A stretch of 25,317 nucleotides of DNA from a virus (taxonomy: Duplodnaviria; Caudoviricetes). How positions within the stretch are numbered: the first letter of the stretch is position 1; every line of letters begins with the position of its first letter. Below the pieces are notes generated by a model. That model made no database searches. It was not told where the DNA came from and worked only from the letters and a program-made list of their open reading frames with translations. Positions 15,125-24,603 of this stretch are shown here, piece after piece. The DNA lies in the IMG/VR virus record IMGVR_UViG_3300016476_000382, positions 1 through 25,317 of that record; one strand, given 5' to 3'. Both the position numbers and the translations under genes were made by a program.

Positions 15125-16267
15125 TTAACCTAGTTTAATTAGATCGTTTTGATATTCAATTAAACTAACAATGTGTATTTTAAATGCATCTATCTCAAAT
15201 ACACCAGGTTCTCCTTGATTGTATAATATTTCCGGAAGTCGTTGTAATATGTAAAAATTGTGATTATGTAATTGTTGTGCATCAAACTCTACCACTACAT
15301 CATTTTCTCCTAATGGATCATTATATTGTGTTGTTAATACTCGGCAAGTTAAATCAAATTTTGTATTTGGTTGTTCGTTATCAATGTAATGTGATGTTAT
15401 AACTTGCATCGTATCATCAATATAAATTCTATCACACCATGGTTCTAGTGCATTTATTAATTCATACGTACAATTCTTAACAACATATGCTATATTATAT
15501 TTTGGAACATCTGCTCTAGTTCCCCACTTCCTGATGAAGTTTCGATTAGATTTAATTTCAATTTGTTGAGTCTTGTTTTGATATTCATCTGAAAATCTAG
15601 ATGTTTTACTCACAAAGTGATAACATATCGCATCCAATGCCGTAAAACAATTCATTCCTAATAATTTCCAACGACGAATTAAGTCATCGTCTTCACAGAA
15701 CATTGGATTATATAAATTATCCATACCGCCGATCTCTAATAATTTAGTTCTAGGCATACACATAAAAAACGTAATACCAGGTTCAGTTTTATCTGAGTAT
15801 TTGTGATTTTCTTGTGCAACAAAGTCGTATAGTTTTTGTTTATCGAACGTCTCTAACTCCGTGCCTAAATCATATATTAGTTTACCAGGACGTTCATGTC
15901 CTGCGAATATAGGCGGCTCTATTGTGGTATATGATACTATGTTTGTTTCAGATACATGTTTTTCTAGATTCTCAATAAATCCCGGTGCTAATACGATATC
16001 ATTATGCAAATATGCTACATAATCTTTAGTAGCAATCTCTGCTGCTTTATTAAATGTATCTGAAAATGTCCTTTGTCTATCTGCATAGAAGTATTTAACA
16101 TTAGTATCATCTAATGTATTTAACCATTCATGCGTACCATCCGTTGATCCATAACTCACAAAACATAGTTCTACATCTGGATATAATTCTCTAGTTGTTT
16201 GATAAAAGTGTTTGTTGTAGTCTAAATTATTTTTTAATCCTACTAGCAGTGATATATTATTTTTCAT
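15125..16267 (-). CDS. Glycosyltransferase family 2 with C-terminal extension
   Basis: GSTDGT, YVAYLHNDIV, IGGMD...FCEDDDL, CYHFVSKTSR. Confidence 0.88.
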   Translation of the reverse strand: MKNNISLLVGLKNNLDYNKHFYQTTRELYPDVELCFVSYGSTDGTHEWLNTLDDTNVKYFYADRQRTFSDTFNKAAEIATKDYVAYLHNDIVLAPGFIENLEKHVSETNIVSYTTIEPPIFAGHERPGKLIYDLGTELETFDKQKLYDFVAQENHKYSDKTEPGITFFMCMPRTKLLEIGGMDNLYNPMFCEDDDLIRRWKLLGMNCFTALDAICYHFVSKTSRFSDEYQNKTQQIEIKSNRNFIRKWGTRADVPKYNIAYVVKNCTYELINALEPWCDRIYIDDTMQVITSHYIDNEQPNTKFDLTCRVLTTQYNDPLGENDVVVEFDAQQLHNHNFYILQRLPEILYNQGEPGVFEIDAFKIHIVSLIEYQNDLIKLG

Positions 16268-17186
16268 GTAAATTGTTTTTATACCATTCGTATGCTAACC
16301 GAATGCCTGTTTGTAAATCAGTTTGAGCTGCCCAACCTGTATTTTTTAATTTAGCACAAGAAAATCCTTTTCGAAAATGACCTTCTGGTTTATTAGTATT
16401 ATAAATAATATTTCCAGAAAATCCTAGTATATCAGCAACCATTTTTGCTAAATCCTTAATTGCAATTTCAAATTCACTACTACAATTATACATTCCGATA
16501 TAATCACTATTCATTAAACTAATACAAGCATTTGCTACATCATCTACATATACAAATTCACGCATTTGATTTCCACTGCCCCAAATTTCTACATCGGAAT
16601 TATTTTGTATAGCATCATGAAACTTTTTGATTGTTGCTGCCATAACATGTGAATTTTCTGGATGGTAGTTATCACCTGGGCCATATATGTTATTTGGTAT
16701 AACAACTGCATAATCTAATCCATATTGCATATGGTATGCCTCACACATTTTAATACCAGCAATTTTTGCAACAGAATAATGTTCATTTGATGGTTCTAAT
16801 AATCCGGTTAACATATCTGATTCTACAATTGGATTATTAGCATTTTTTGGATATACACAACCACTACTAACAAATAATAATTTTTTAATGTTATTATTTT
16901 TACATGCATTTATAACGTTAGATTGCATCATTAAATTATCAAAAATAAAATCAGCTCTATATGTCATATTTGCATATATACCTCCTACCTTTGCTGCAAT
17001 TAAAAATACATAATCCGGAGTATTTGTTTTAAAATAATCATTAACTGCGGATGTATCAGTTAAATCCAATTCTTTTCTTGGTGGAGTTAATAAATTAGTA
17101 TAACCTAGATTTTTTAACAGTCTAACTACCGAAGATCCAACCATACCTGTACTACCGGTGACTAATATTTTAGAGTTTTTATTCAT
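16257..17186 (-). CDS. fcl: GDP-L-fucose synthase (extended SDR)
   Basis: GSTGMVGS, AAKVGGI, CVYPK, LEPSNEHYSVAKIAG (YxxxK), IYGPGDNYHPENSHV, IWGSG..REFVYVDD. Confidence 0.92.
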   Translation of the reverse strand: MNKNSKILVTGSTGMVGSSVVRLLKNLGYTNLLTPPRKELDLTDTSAVNDYFKTNTPDYVFLIAAKVGGIYANMTYRADFIFDNLMMQSNVINACKNNNIKKLLFVSSGCVYPKNANNPIVESDMLTGLLEPSNEHYSVAKIAGIKMCEAYHMQYGLDYAVVIPNNIYGPGDNYHPENSHVMAATIKKFHDAIQNNSDVEIWGSGNQMREFVYVDDVANACISLMNSDYIGMYNCSSEFEIAIKDLAKMVADILGFSGNIIYNTNKPEGHFRKGFSCAKLKNTGWAAQTDLQTGIRLAYEWYKNNLHEK

Positions 17187-18045
17187 ATATTAAATTGTGT
17201 ATTAAATTATCACATTCATTTTTATAAAAAATATATTCTTCGCACCCACGTTGTGTACTAGTTCCAATTCGCTTATTTGGATGAACTTGATTGTGTCCTT
17301 TTAATCTAGTTGGAATATAATATTGTGTTATATTATTTTTCTTTAAAAATATTTCAAAATAATAATCATGTCCCCCAATATGTAAATCTGGATGTATAAA
17401 ATTTAGCGGCAATCCCCGAGATAACGCAGTCATACAGCCATCAATTTTTTGAACATTCATAGCCATCACATATGGTTCAAATTTATTATTAAATTCATTT
17501 AACGTATCAATTGAAATATAATCTGTACTATTGAATGGTATTGGTGCTTGTTCTGGTCGGTGTGCTGGACCATTTCTGGGAAATTGCTTAATCCAATCGT
17601 GTTCTATTTCGTCCCATGTAGAATCCCACATTTTTCGGTTAGCTAACGATAAAACATGCGGTTCTTTAATATTAATATGCCACAATAAAAAGAAATAATC
17701 TTCTGGAACTAAACAATCACTTTCGCCCCATACTATATACTTATAATCATAGTTAGGCCCGTATATATCTCTTGCCCAATCACCGATATTATAAAATTCA
17801 TTATCATCAGTTTTATGTATAATCGTAGCATTTTGTAACACTTCATGATTTATAAATTCATCAAACATTTCAATTGGATTATATCCAGCATCTGGTTTTT
17901 CAATATATGTTTGCGAATTTAAACAAATTATAATGTCGACCGGCATATCTGATTTATTGATCGCATCCTGTAATGAATCTAATGTTTCATTTATCATCAT
18001 AGATTCATACCACATTACGTGTAGTGTATATAATATTTTATTCAT
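17179..18045 (-). CDS. Putative GT-A-fold glycosyltransferase
   Basis: YKYIVWGESDCLV (DxD-like strand), GGHDYYF, C-terminal H; lies within the glycan cluster. Confidence 0.55.
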   Translation of the reverse strand: MNKILYTLHVMWYESMMINETLDSLQDAINKSDMPVDIIICLNSQTYIEKPDAGYNPIEMFDEFINHEVLQNATIIHKTDDNEFYNIGDWARDIYGPNYDYKYIVWGESDCLVPEDYFFLLWHINIKEPHVLSLANRKMWDSTWDEIEHDWIKQFPRNGPAHRPEQAPIPFNSTDYISIDTLNEFNNKFEPYVMAMNVQKIDGCMTALSRGLPLNFIHPDLHIGGHDYYFEIFLKKNNITQYYIPTRLKGHNQVHPNKRIGTSTQRGCEEYIFYKNECDNLIHNLIYE

Positions 18046-18784
18046 TAGTTATACCAAATTCATTATGTTTACTGACCCATCTATTTCCCAATTGATCATC
18101 AAATGCTCCTTTATACTGCCCATATATGTATGTTGGATAGCAATATCCATATTTTTTTGCAATTTGCTCGAATACTGCAGCATCTAAACCTCTAGTTTGT
18201 GGACTAGGAAACCAGCAGTTGCCTTCTTTAAATACTTTACTACGAAATGTTATTTGGGACGCATCTAATTTACCCATTGGTATTAACGCATCATTATAAT
18301 TATTTAATGTATATGTTGATCCTGGATGCGAGTATTGTAGTTCCGTTTCTGGTTTTCCATTTATATATGGTTCGATACTAGGATCATAAAAATAAACTTT
18401 GCTATATGCCCAATTAACTTCAGGATTAAGTTGATAATATTCATTTAAATATTCAAAATATCCATTTACAATTGCATCATCATCGCATAATATCACTACT
18501 ATATCACAATCTGAATTTTCTATAGATTTGTTTATAAACTCACCATGTCTAGATCCGCCTTGAATTCTCTTGGTATCATCACTATCGAATATTGGGATAT
18601 AATTTATTTTGGAGTTGTCCAATCCAAAATCAAATAATGTTTGTTTAAATGAGTCGTCACCTGAATCATCAATGAAGTTTAATTGCCAGTTTGTATAAGA
18701 TAATTTTTTTATACTAGTAAGTGCATTTAAAACAATTTTCGGTCGTTTATAATATGCTAAAACAATAAGAATTTTACTTTCCAT
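18038..18784 (-). CDS. Glycosyltransferase family 2
   Basis: IVLAYYKRP...Y.NWQLNFIDDSG...VVILCDDD. Confidence 0.85.
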   Translation of the reverse strand: MESKILIVLAYYKRPKIVLNALTSIKKLSYTNWQLNFIDDSGDDSFKQTLFDFGLDNSKINYIPIFDSDDTKRIQGGSRHGEFINKSIENSDCDIVVILCDDDAIVNGYFEYLNEYYQLNPEVNWAYSKVYFYDPSIEPYINGKPETELQYSHPGSTYTLNNYNDALIPMGKLDASQITFRSKVFKEGNCWFPSPQTRGLDAAVFEQIAKKYGYCYPTYIYGQYKGAFDDQLGNRWVSKHNEFGITNE

Positions 18785-19346
18785 TTTTCGGTGTATATGA
18801 TAAATTACAAATTCCGCCCATTTCCTTGATTCGATTTAATTGTTCCCAATCAGATCGTAATATTCCGATCACATAACTATTTAGATACGTACCGCATTTA
18901 TATATGCAATTTCGTTTTATTCCTTCTTGCATAAATCCAACTGAAATTGCACTTTTATAACTAGCTTGATTATTTTCTAAAACTTCAGAATCTATACGAT
19001 TAACATTCAATACCTCAAATCCAAAATCGATACCAGCTTGTAATACTAATTTACTATATCCTTTACCTCGATGACTTTCAAATACATCATGTGCTGAATC
19101 ATATTTTCTATTGATCCAATCAAGATTTTGTATTTTATATAACCCAACTGCTACCCCGTTTAGTACTGCGATTAGTATTAATGTTTTGTTAGAATCTAAT
19201 GAATTAAACCAATTCTCTTGATCGACTGAATTAACAAATATTGTATTATGGGTACCAAACCAAGATTCATTTTTTAAATATTTTAAAATATCTAAATCTT
19301 GTTTTTCTAGTTTTCTTAAAATTATGCCGTTTTTATGTTTATACAT
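18774..19346 (-). CDS. GNAT acetyltransferase (RimJ/RimL/PseH-like)
   Basis: ILRKLEKQDL, HRGKGYS, FGFEVLNVNRI..EVLENNQAS...VGFMQEG. Start moved to ATG 19346, next to the DegT stop. Confidence 0.85.
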   Translation of the reverse strand: MYKHKNGIILRKLEKQDLDILKYLKNESWFGTHNTIFVNSVDQENWFNSLDSNKTLILIAVLNGVAVGLYKIQNLDWINRKYDSAHDVFESHRGKGYSKLVLQAGIDFGFEVLNVNRIDSEVLENNQASYKSAISVGFMQEGIKRNCIYKCGTYLNSYVIGILRSDWEQLNRIKEMGGICNLSYTPKNGK

Positions 19347-19347
19347 A

Positions 19348-20535
19348 TTACCATCCTTTTTTAATGCAGTTAACGATATATTCGCGGTCTTCATTAGTTA
19401 CCCACCAACCAACTGGAATGGATACGATCTTTCCTATAGTTTTATCTAAAGTAGGCAACGGTGTTGAGTAATCTCTAACGCATGTGTGTTTATCATTTCG
19501 TTCGTGCACTTGTGATACAACTATACCACATTCTTTCATCCATTTATAAAATCCATCTCTGTCATCTACTAACATACTGTATATCCAGAATGCAGATTCT
19601 CGATCTGAATGACGATTTAATAATGTAACCCCATTGACATTAGATAACATAGCATCATAATATTTTGCATTTTCTTGGTGTTTACTAATAATTTCAGATG
19701 CATGTTTTAAATTTTCAATTCCTACGGTAGCACATACATCATTCATATGGAATTTGAACCCCCATTCTTCGATGTCAGCTTCGCATCTAAAATCTTTACG
19801 ATTACTATCACGATCGATACCATACCAACGAATTAATTTAGATCTATTATATAAATTCTGATGTGGCAATGTTAACACGCCGCCATCTATACTCGTAATA
19901 TGTTTAATTGCTTGTGTTGAATACATTACCATATTACCATGATTTCCTAAATGTTTGCCTTTATATTTAGATCCAAATGAATGTGCACCATCTTCAATAA
20001 CAGCTGGCTTAAATCCATATAACTTTAACGATTTTTCTTGAATTTGTTTAATTCGATCTAAATCATTTGGGTATCCTCCCCAATGAACTAAAATAATAGC
20101 TTTCGTTTTAGCTGTAATTTTACGTTCCAAATCATCTAAATCGATATTTAATGTAGTAGGATCCACATCTACCCACTTTATCTTAAGATTGTTTGCTAGT
20201 ATAGGAAAGTTAGAGGCAGTACATGTGAGAGCTGTTGCTAATACCTCGTCTCCATCGCTCAGACCAGGCCATGCGGTTTCATTAAACGAATATCCGTCAC
20301 TTACTGATCCGGTCCATGATTTTTTTAATAAGTGTAATGCTAAATGTAGTCCTGATGTTCCTGAATTTAATGTTACTAATCGATCTACATTGAAAAACTG
20401 TTTAAGATTTTGTTCGTATTCATCTACTTTAGGTCCTTGCCCAATATAACCGCTATTTAAAATTTTAGCAACCTCAGGTGCGGCATTTGGTGACATGAAT
20501 ACTTTAAATAATGGAATTTCTTGTTTATTTTTCAT
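19348..20535 (-). CDS. DegT/DnrJ/EryC1/StrS PLP-dependent sugar aminotransferase
   Basis: NSGTSGLHLAL, GDEV, VHWGG, IEDGAHSFG, STQAIKHITSIDGG (PLP lysine). Confidence 0.93.
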   Translation of the reverse strand: MKNKQEIPLFKVFMSPNAAPEVAKILNSGYIGQGPKVDEYEQNLKQFFNVDRLVTLNSGTSGLHLALHLLKKSWTGSVSDGYSFNETAWPGLSDGDEVLATALTCTASNFPILANNLKIKWVDVDPTTLNIDLDDLERKITAKTKAIILVHWGGYPNDLDRIKQIQEKSLKLYGFKPAVIEDGAHSFGSKYKGKHLGNHGNMVMYSTQAIKHITSIDGGVLTLPHQNLYNRSKLIRWYGIDRDSNRKDFRCEADIEEWGFKFHMNDVCATVGIENLKHASEIISKHQENAKYYDAMLSNVNGVTLLNRHSDRESAFWIYSMLVDDRDGFYKWMKECGIVVSQVHERNDKHTCVRDYSTPLPTLDKTIGKIVSIPVGWWVTNEDREYIVNCIKKGW

Positions 20536-21152
20536 AATGTATCGTAATAATTATTTTGACGTTCTTGTCGTTGTATTGTTTTGTGATGCGTTAATGACCA
20601 ATCACATTCAGCTGGTAACTGTGCAATTGATGTAAAGCCTGTTAATTGTTCGTGAACTGGATTAATCCATGTAACAGCACATTTGTTTCGATATATTCTC
20701 CATTGATAATCCGGAAAATTTATCCAACCTTGCTCATTAACTTGCCAACGCCATTTTTCGATATGTTCCGGAGTTAATCCATCAACTATATTGACTCTCG
20801 GAACCATTATCACATCAACGTTATTCGATTCTATAACTTGTGGTATGAGTTGACATAAATGCTCATTAATCATTTCATCGGCATCAATTTGGAAGATGTA
20901 GTCCCCAGAACAGAGACTACTTAATTTATTCTTCCAATTTGCAAAATGATTATCAAATTTTGCTTTATGCCACGAATATTCATTATTTAATGAATGTGTT
21001 CGTAAATATTCTTCCACAGCAGGATCACCATTTGCTTCATCATATAGTATAACTATATTATCTTGCTGACGTTTGTGTTGAAGCAAAAAGGACACTAAAC
21101 GCTGAATTTCTACAAATTCGTTACAAACTGTTATTGCATATGTTAGTTTCAT
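20532..21152 (-). CDS. Glycosyltransferase family 2
   Basis: YAITVCNE, FANWKN...GDYIFQIDADE, PDYQWRIY...W..PVHE. Confidence 0.85.
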   Translation of the reverse strand: MKLTYAITVCNEFVEIQRLVSFLLQHKRQQDNIVILYDEANGDPAVEEYLRTHSLNNEYSWHKAKFDNHFANWKNKLSSLCSGDYIFQIDADEMINEHLCQLIPQVIESNNVDVIMVPRVNIVDGLTPEHIEKWRWQVNEQGWINFPDYQWRIYRNKCAVTWINPVHEQLTGFTSIAQLPAECDWSLTHHKTIQRQERQNNYYDTL

Positions 21153-21158
21153 ACTTTT

Positions 21159-21187
21159 ATTATATGAAAATTAATATTATTCACCAA
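21159..21187 (-). promoter_or_regulatory. TTGGTG-N17-TATAAT promoter
   Basis: -35 at 21182-21187, -10 at 21159-21164, 6 nt before ATG 21152; shares TTCATATAATA with 13640-13650. Confidence 0.65.
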
Positions 21188-22463
21188 CCTTTTGAAGTTT
21201 TGGTAATTCTATTTTATTTAATTTTGGTAACTTCAATTCAATCTTCTTTGGTATATTAGATTCAAATTTATTAATTACTTCAAATAACTTATCATATTCG
21301 GGTTGTACCGCACTTTTCGTGAATGATTGATTAACATGATATCTAAGACGCTTACCGTTATCTACGTAGTTTTTATACTTCGTAAATACCTCCTTTAATA
21401 GATTTTGAGCATATCCATAATCAGGAGTAAACCATTTAGCACCATCAATTAAAAATTCATTTTGTGCCGTAGGATGGATTGGTGTTAAATTACCTTTTAC
21501 TTCTATAACAAATTCTTCATGTAAAAAATCACGTTGTCCTGAGTGCAATGGAACTATCATTGGTTTACCAGTTGTTGCAAATTCTAATAACGGACGACCA
21601 AACCCTTCTGCTTTTGTTAATGAATACATTGCTTTAACTTTTGGATGATTATATAATGCATTCATTTCATCATCTGTTAAATCTCCATGAACTACGTATA
21701 TATTTGGTAATTTTGCGTTCTGAAATATCGGTTGACTGATAATTTGAGATATTCTATTTTCAATATCCATTCTATCCATTACCGAATATGTAGCTCCCGA
21801 TGTTTTTAGTATAAGAGCTGGTTTTTCTTTTGTATTCTTAAATGTATTTAAAAATGAATATATAACACCAGATATATTTTTTCGATCTTCACCTATATTA
21901 CCAGATAACCAATGTCCTACCGATAAAAATGCAAATGATTCGGTGATATCATTTAATTCTGCTAATATATCTCGAGAATTTTCTGCACTATCTGCTTTAT
22001 GCGAATATACCGTTTCATTAAAATATTCAGGAATAACAATTAGTTTACATAAAATATCTTTGTTATGTTGTTTTGCCGTTGTTTCAAATACGTCTTTTGT
22101 GAATTTACTAGGAACTATTACGATTTGCATTCGATTAATCATATCAATCCAATCAGCAGGACAAATGTCTCCTTCGGTACCTGCGGTAACTCCGATATTC
22201 AATTTACCTATAGGTTGAAATTCAGTTGGGACTGTAATTTGTATAAAAATATCAGGCTGAAATTCTAACGGTAATGGTAATGTTCTTTGTTTCCAATCAT
22301 CACTAACTGGATAAGTAAATGGAGTATGACCCCATGGCATAGATAATAGTTTAATGTCCCATTCTGAGCTCTTTCTTTCGATTATGTTCTCGATAATTTC
22401 GCGAGCATGATGTCCATAACCACTCTGAGTAGCAAATGGACTAGATATAACTGCTTTTAACAT
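21177..22463 (-). CDS. Glycosyltransferase family 4 (GT-B)
   Basis: SGYGHHAR, RKNI, AEGFGRPLLE (Ex7E) GKP. Confidence 0.88.
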   Translation of the reverse strand: MLKAVISSPFATQSGYGHHAREIIENIIERKSSEWDIKLLSMPWGHTPFTYPVSDDWKQRTLPLPLEFQPDIFIQITVPTEFQPIGKLNIGVTAGTEGDICPADWIDMINRMQIVIVPSKFTKDVFETTAKQHNKDILCKLIVIPEYFNETVYSHKADSAENSRDILAELNDITESFAFLSVGHWLSGNIGEDRKNISGVIYSFLNTFKNTKEKPALILKTSGATYSVMDRMDIENRISQIISQPIFQNAKLPNIYVVHGDLTDDEMNALYNHPKVKAMYSLTKAEGFGRPLLEFATTGKPMIVPLHSGQRDFLHEEFVIEVKGNLTPIHPTAQNEFLIDGAKWFTPDYGYAQNLLKEVFTKYKNYVDNGKRLRYHVNQSFTKSAVQPEYDKLFEVINKFESNIPKKIELKLPKLNKIELPKLQKVGE

Positions 22464-23908
22464 ACAATTCCTGGTTTTTCGTAACTTTTTGTTTTAAATT
22501 TATGCACTGAAAATCTAGCTCTAGGCTGTTTTTCCATGGAAAATAAATAATTCATCATTTCTATCATTTTATTACCCATTTGCTCAGCCGTTAGTCCTTT
22601 GTTTAATGCCCATTCTCTTCCAGCAACACCCATTTCTTCTCTTAATGTTTCTGGAGTATTATACCAATATAACATTGCGTCAGCTACATCTTCAAATCGA
22701 ACTCTGTCATCAAAAATATATGGTGTTGCTGGCGATCCTTGTAATGATCTATTAGATGGAAATACTGGCTTTGCCCAAATACCATGCAATTTATACTTTC
22801 CGGTATGATTAGTTGTAAATTCAGTGTCAAACTTGATATCATTGCCATTCTCATCTACAAAACCACACTGATCTTGTAATCCGCCGGTAACATTGTTAAT
22901 AATTGGAGTACCTGATAAAATTGCTTCTGTGCTACTTAGTCCCCAACCTTCATTGCTACCAATATTTGCAACTACATCTACAACATTATATATCATGTTT
23001 AAATCAATGGCAGAAACTTTTTGTGATGAAAATATAACTTTACAATTAGGAGCCAATGCTTGGTGAACTGCAATTAGATCAGTACCATTCTCGTCGATTG
23101 GATCTGTATGCATAAGTAAAGCTACTTTTGTTTTTTGTTCTTCTGGTAACTGATCGACGAAATGCTTAAATGCTAAAATTAAATCGCCAGGCTGTTTTCT
23201 TCTGATATTTCTGTTATTCCAAAATACTATAAAATCTACTCCATTATCAGTTTTCAATTGTTTATGCATTGATTGATATTCTGCAGAATTTTTATCTACT
23301 GGTTTAAATATATTATGATTCAATCCGTGCGGAACGTATCCGGTAACAACATCATTCCATTTTTTAGAAACTCCGGGAACTGGATGTCTATCATAATCAA
23401 TAACATCAAAACCATTTTGGTTTAATACTTCTTTATGTATGTTGTCTGATTGGCGACTAATACCCATAATCATATCACAACTTGCATAAAATGGAGCATT
23501 CCATTGTGGAAATGGTAAATCATCCCAAATTGAATAATAAATAATTGGTATATTGTATGTAGTTTTAATTTCGTGCTCTAACGCATATAACCAAGTCCAA
23601 TATCTAGGATCGGTGAAATGAAATATAGCATCTGGACGTTCTACATTTAATAAAGAAAATAAAATATTTCTGTCACCATAACCATTCCATGGAATAATTT
23701 TTACATCTGCATCTTCAACCCCAGTTTCTTGTGCTACTTGTGCAGATAAATCTAATCCTTTACCAGCTTCTGGATGTTGTAATGCGGCTCCTAATTGAAT
23801 CCAATCGTACTCTTTAACTGTATTAAAGATAATTTCTTTACTAATTGTTCCAATTCCAGATGGTAATCTGAAATCATCTGCTAATAGTAAAATTTTCTTT
23901 TTACTCAT
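22457..23908 (-). CDS. Glycosyltransferase family 4 (GT-B)
   Basis: SGIG, YVPHG, NRNIRRKQ, NEGWGLSSTEA (Ex7E), GTPII..TGGL. Confidence 0.9.
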   Translation of the reverse strand: MSKKKILLLADDFRLPSGIGTISKEIIFNTVKEYDWIQLGAALQHPEAGKGLDLSAQVAQETGVEDADVKIIPWNGYGDRNILFSLLNVERPDAIFHFTDPRYWTWLYALEHEIKTTYNIPIIYYSIWDDLPFPQWNAPFYASCDMIMGISRQSDNIHKEVLNQNGFDVIDYDRHPVPGVSKKWNDVVTGYVPHGLNHNIFKPVDKNSAEYQSMHKQLKTDNGVDFIVFWNNRNIRRKQPGDLILAFKHFVDQLPEEQKTKVALLMHTDPIDENGTDLIAVHQALAPNCKVIFSSQKVSAIDLNMIYNVVDVVANIGSNEGWGLSSTEAILSGTPIINNVTGGLQDQCGFVDENGNDIKFDTEFTTNHTGKYKLHGIWAKPVFPSNRSLQGSPATPYIFDDRVRFEDVADAMLYWYNTPETLREEMGVAGREWALNKGLTAEQMGNKMIEMMNYLFSMEKQPRARFSVHKFKTKSYEKPGIVC

Positions 23909-23941
23909 ATGTAACCTTTGTTTTATTATAACTTATTTAAT

Positions 23942-23950
23942 ATAAATATT
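23942..23950 (-). promoter_or_regulatory. ATATTTAT putative promoter upstream of the glycan cluster
   Basis: AATATTTATATTAAATAAG in the intergenic gap; a TATAAT also lies at 23925-23930. Confidence 0.5.
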
Positions 23951-23952
23951 GA

Positions 23953-24357
23953 TTAACCTAATATAACCACCGGTTTGTTTAGTTTATTGATATTTGTATA
24001 TGCGGTTTTTAATACCGGATCTAAATTAGGTTCATTACTCATTATCATCATGTAATCACAATGTTCCGCAATAAGTTTCATTCTATGATGTAATTGACTG
24101 AAATGATATTTTTTACCATAATATGATTCGGGCATAGCTGAATATAAATTATAACCAGAAAATGATGGATTAAATTCTCTATATTCCATACCAAATTCTA
24201 ATGCAAATTTTCTAACATAAAAATTAGCACCTTCATTACCGCCAGCACCGATGATTACTAACTCTTCCGGAAATTTACGTTTTAACATCTGCAATGTTTC
24301 TTGAACTTTGCGTTTATTTTGCCAACCTGTATTACCGATAACCGCTACTTTAGTCAT
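23953..24357 (-). CDS. SLOG-superfamily (YspA/DUF2493-like) protein
   Basis: KVAVIG...IIGAGG.EGAN..VRKFALE...R.KLIAEHCDY...KLNKPVVI. Start moved to ATG 24357. Confidence 0.7.
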   Translation of the reverse strand: MTKVAVIGNTGWQNKRKVQETLQMLKRKFPEELVIIGAGGNEGANFYVRKFALEFGMEYREFNPSFSGYNLYSAMPESYYGKKYHFSQLHHRMKLIAEHCDYMMIMSNEPNLDPVLKTAYTNINKLNKPVVILG

Positions 24358-24568
24358 TGTTTTTTTCGTATTTAAATTTAACAACTTTAGGCATATAGCC
24401 CCACACTATTCGAAGCATCGATTCTAATATTGCTCGGTTTTCTTTTCCATTTGGATTATCATGATCTGTACATAACGAATATTCGTATGGAGTTACTCCT
24501 GACATAGGAGGTTTCTTATTTATAAAATAACTATACACGTATATATGTTTGTGTTTATACTTTATCAT
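24350..24568 (-). CDS. Small hypothetical protein
   Basis: Likely start ATG 24568 (MIKYKHK...), 6 nt after a TATAAT box. Confidence 0.65.
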   Translation of the reverse strand: MIKYKHKHIYVYSYFINKKPPMSGVTPYEYSLCTDHDNPNGKENRAILESMLRIVWGYMPKVVKFKYEKNND

Positions 24569-24574
24569 ATTACT

Positions 24575-24603
24575 ATTATAAATATTTTTATTTACGAATC
24601 CTA
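24575..24603 (-). promoter_or_regulatory. TAGGAT-N17-TATAAT promoter overlapping ATATTTAT
   Basis: -35 at 24598-24603, -10 at 24575-24580. Confidence 0.7.

Noticed and set aside
15125-23908. Bacterial O-antigen/capsule locus
   Set aside because: No flippase, polymerase, chain-length regulator or priming transferase, and the cluster is flanked by phage lysis and nuclease genes sharing the same promoter motifs.
1730-24584. T4 late promoter TATAAATA on the + strand (e.g. 1730, 3009, 15103, 23941, 24577)
   Set aside because: It points away from every gene and is just the reverse complement of TATTTATA. Other copies (4262, 7822, 13274) keep ATATTTAT but not TATAAATA. Antisense transcription is not formally excluded.
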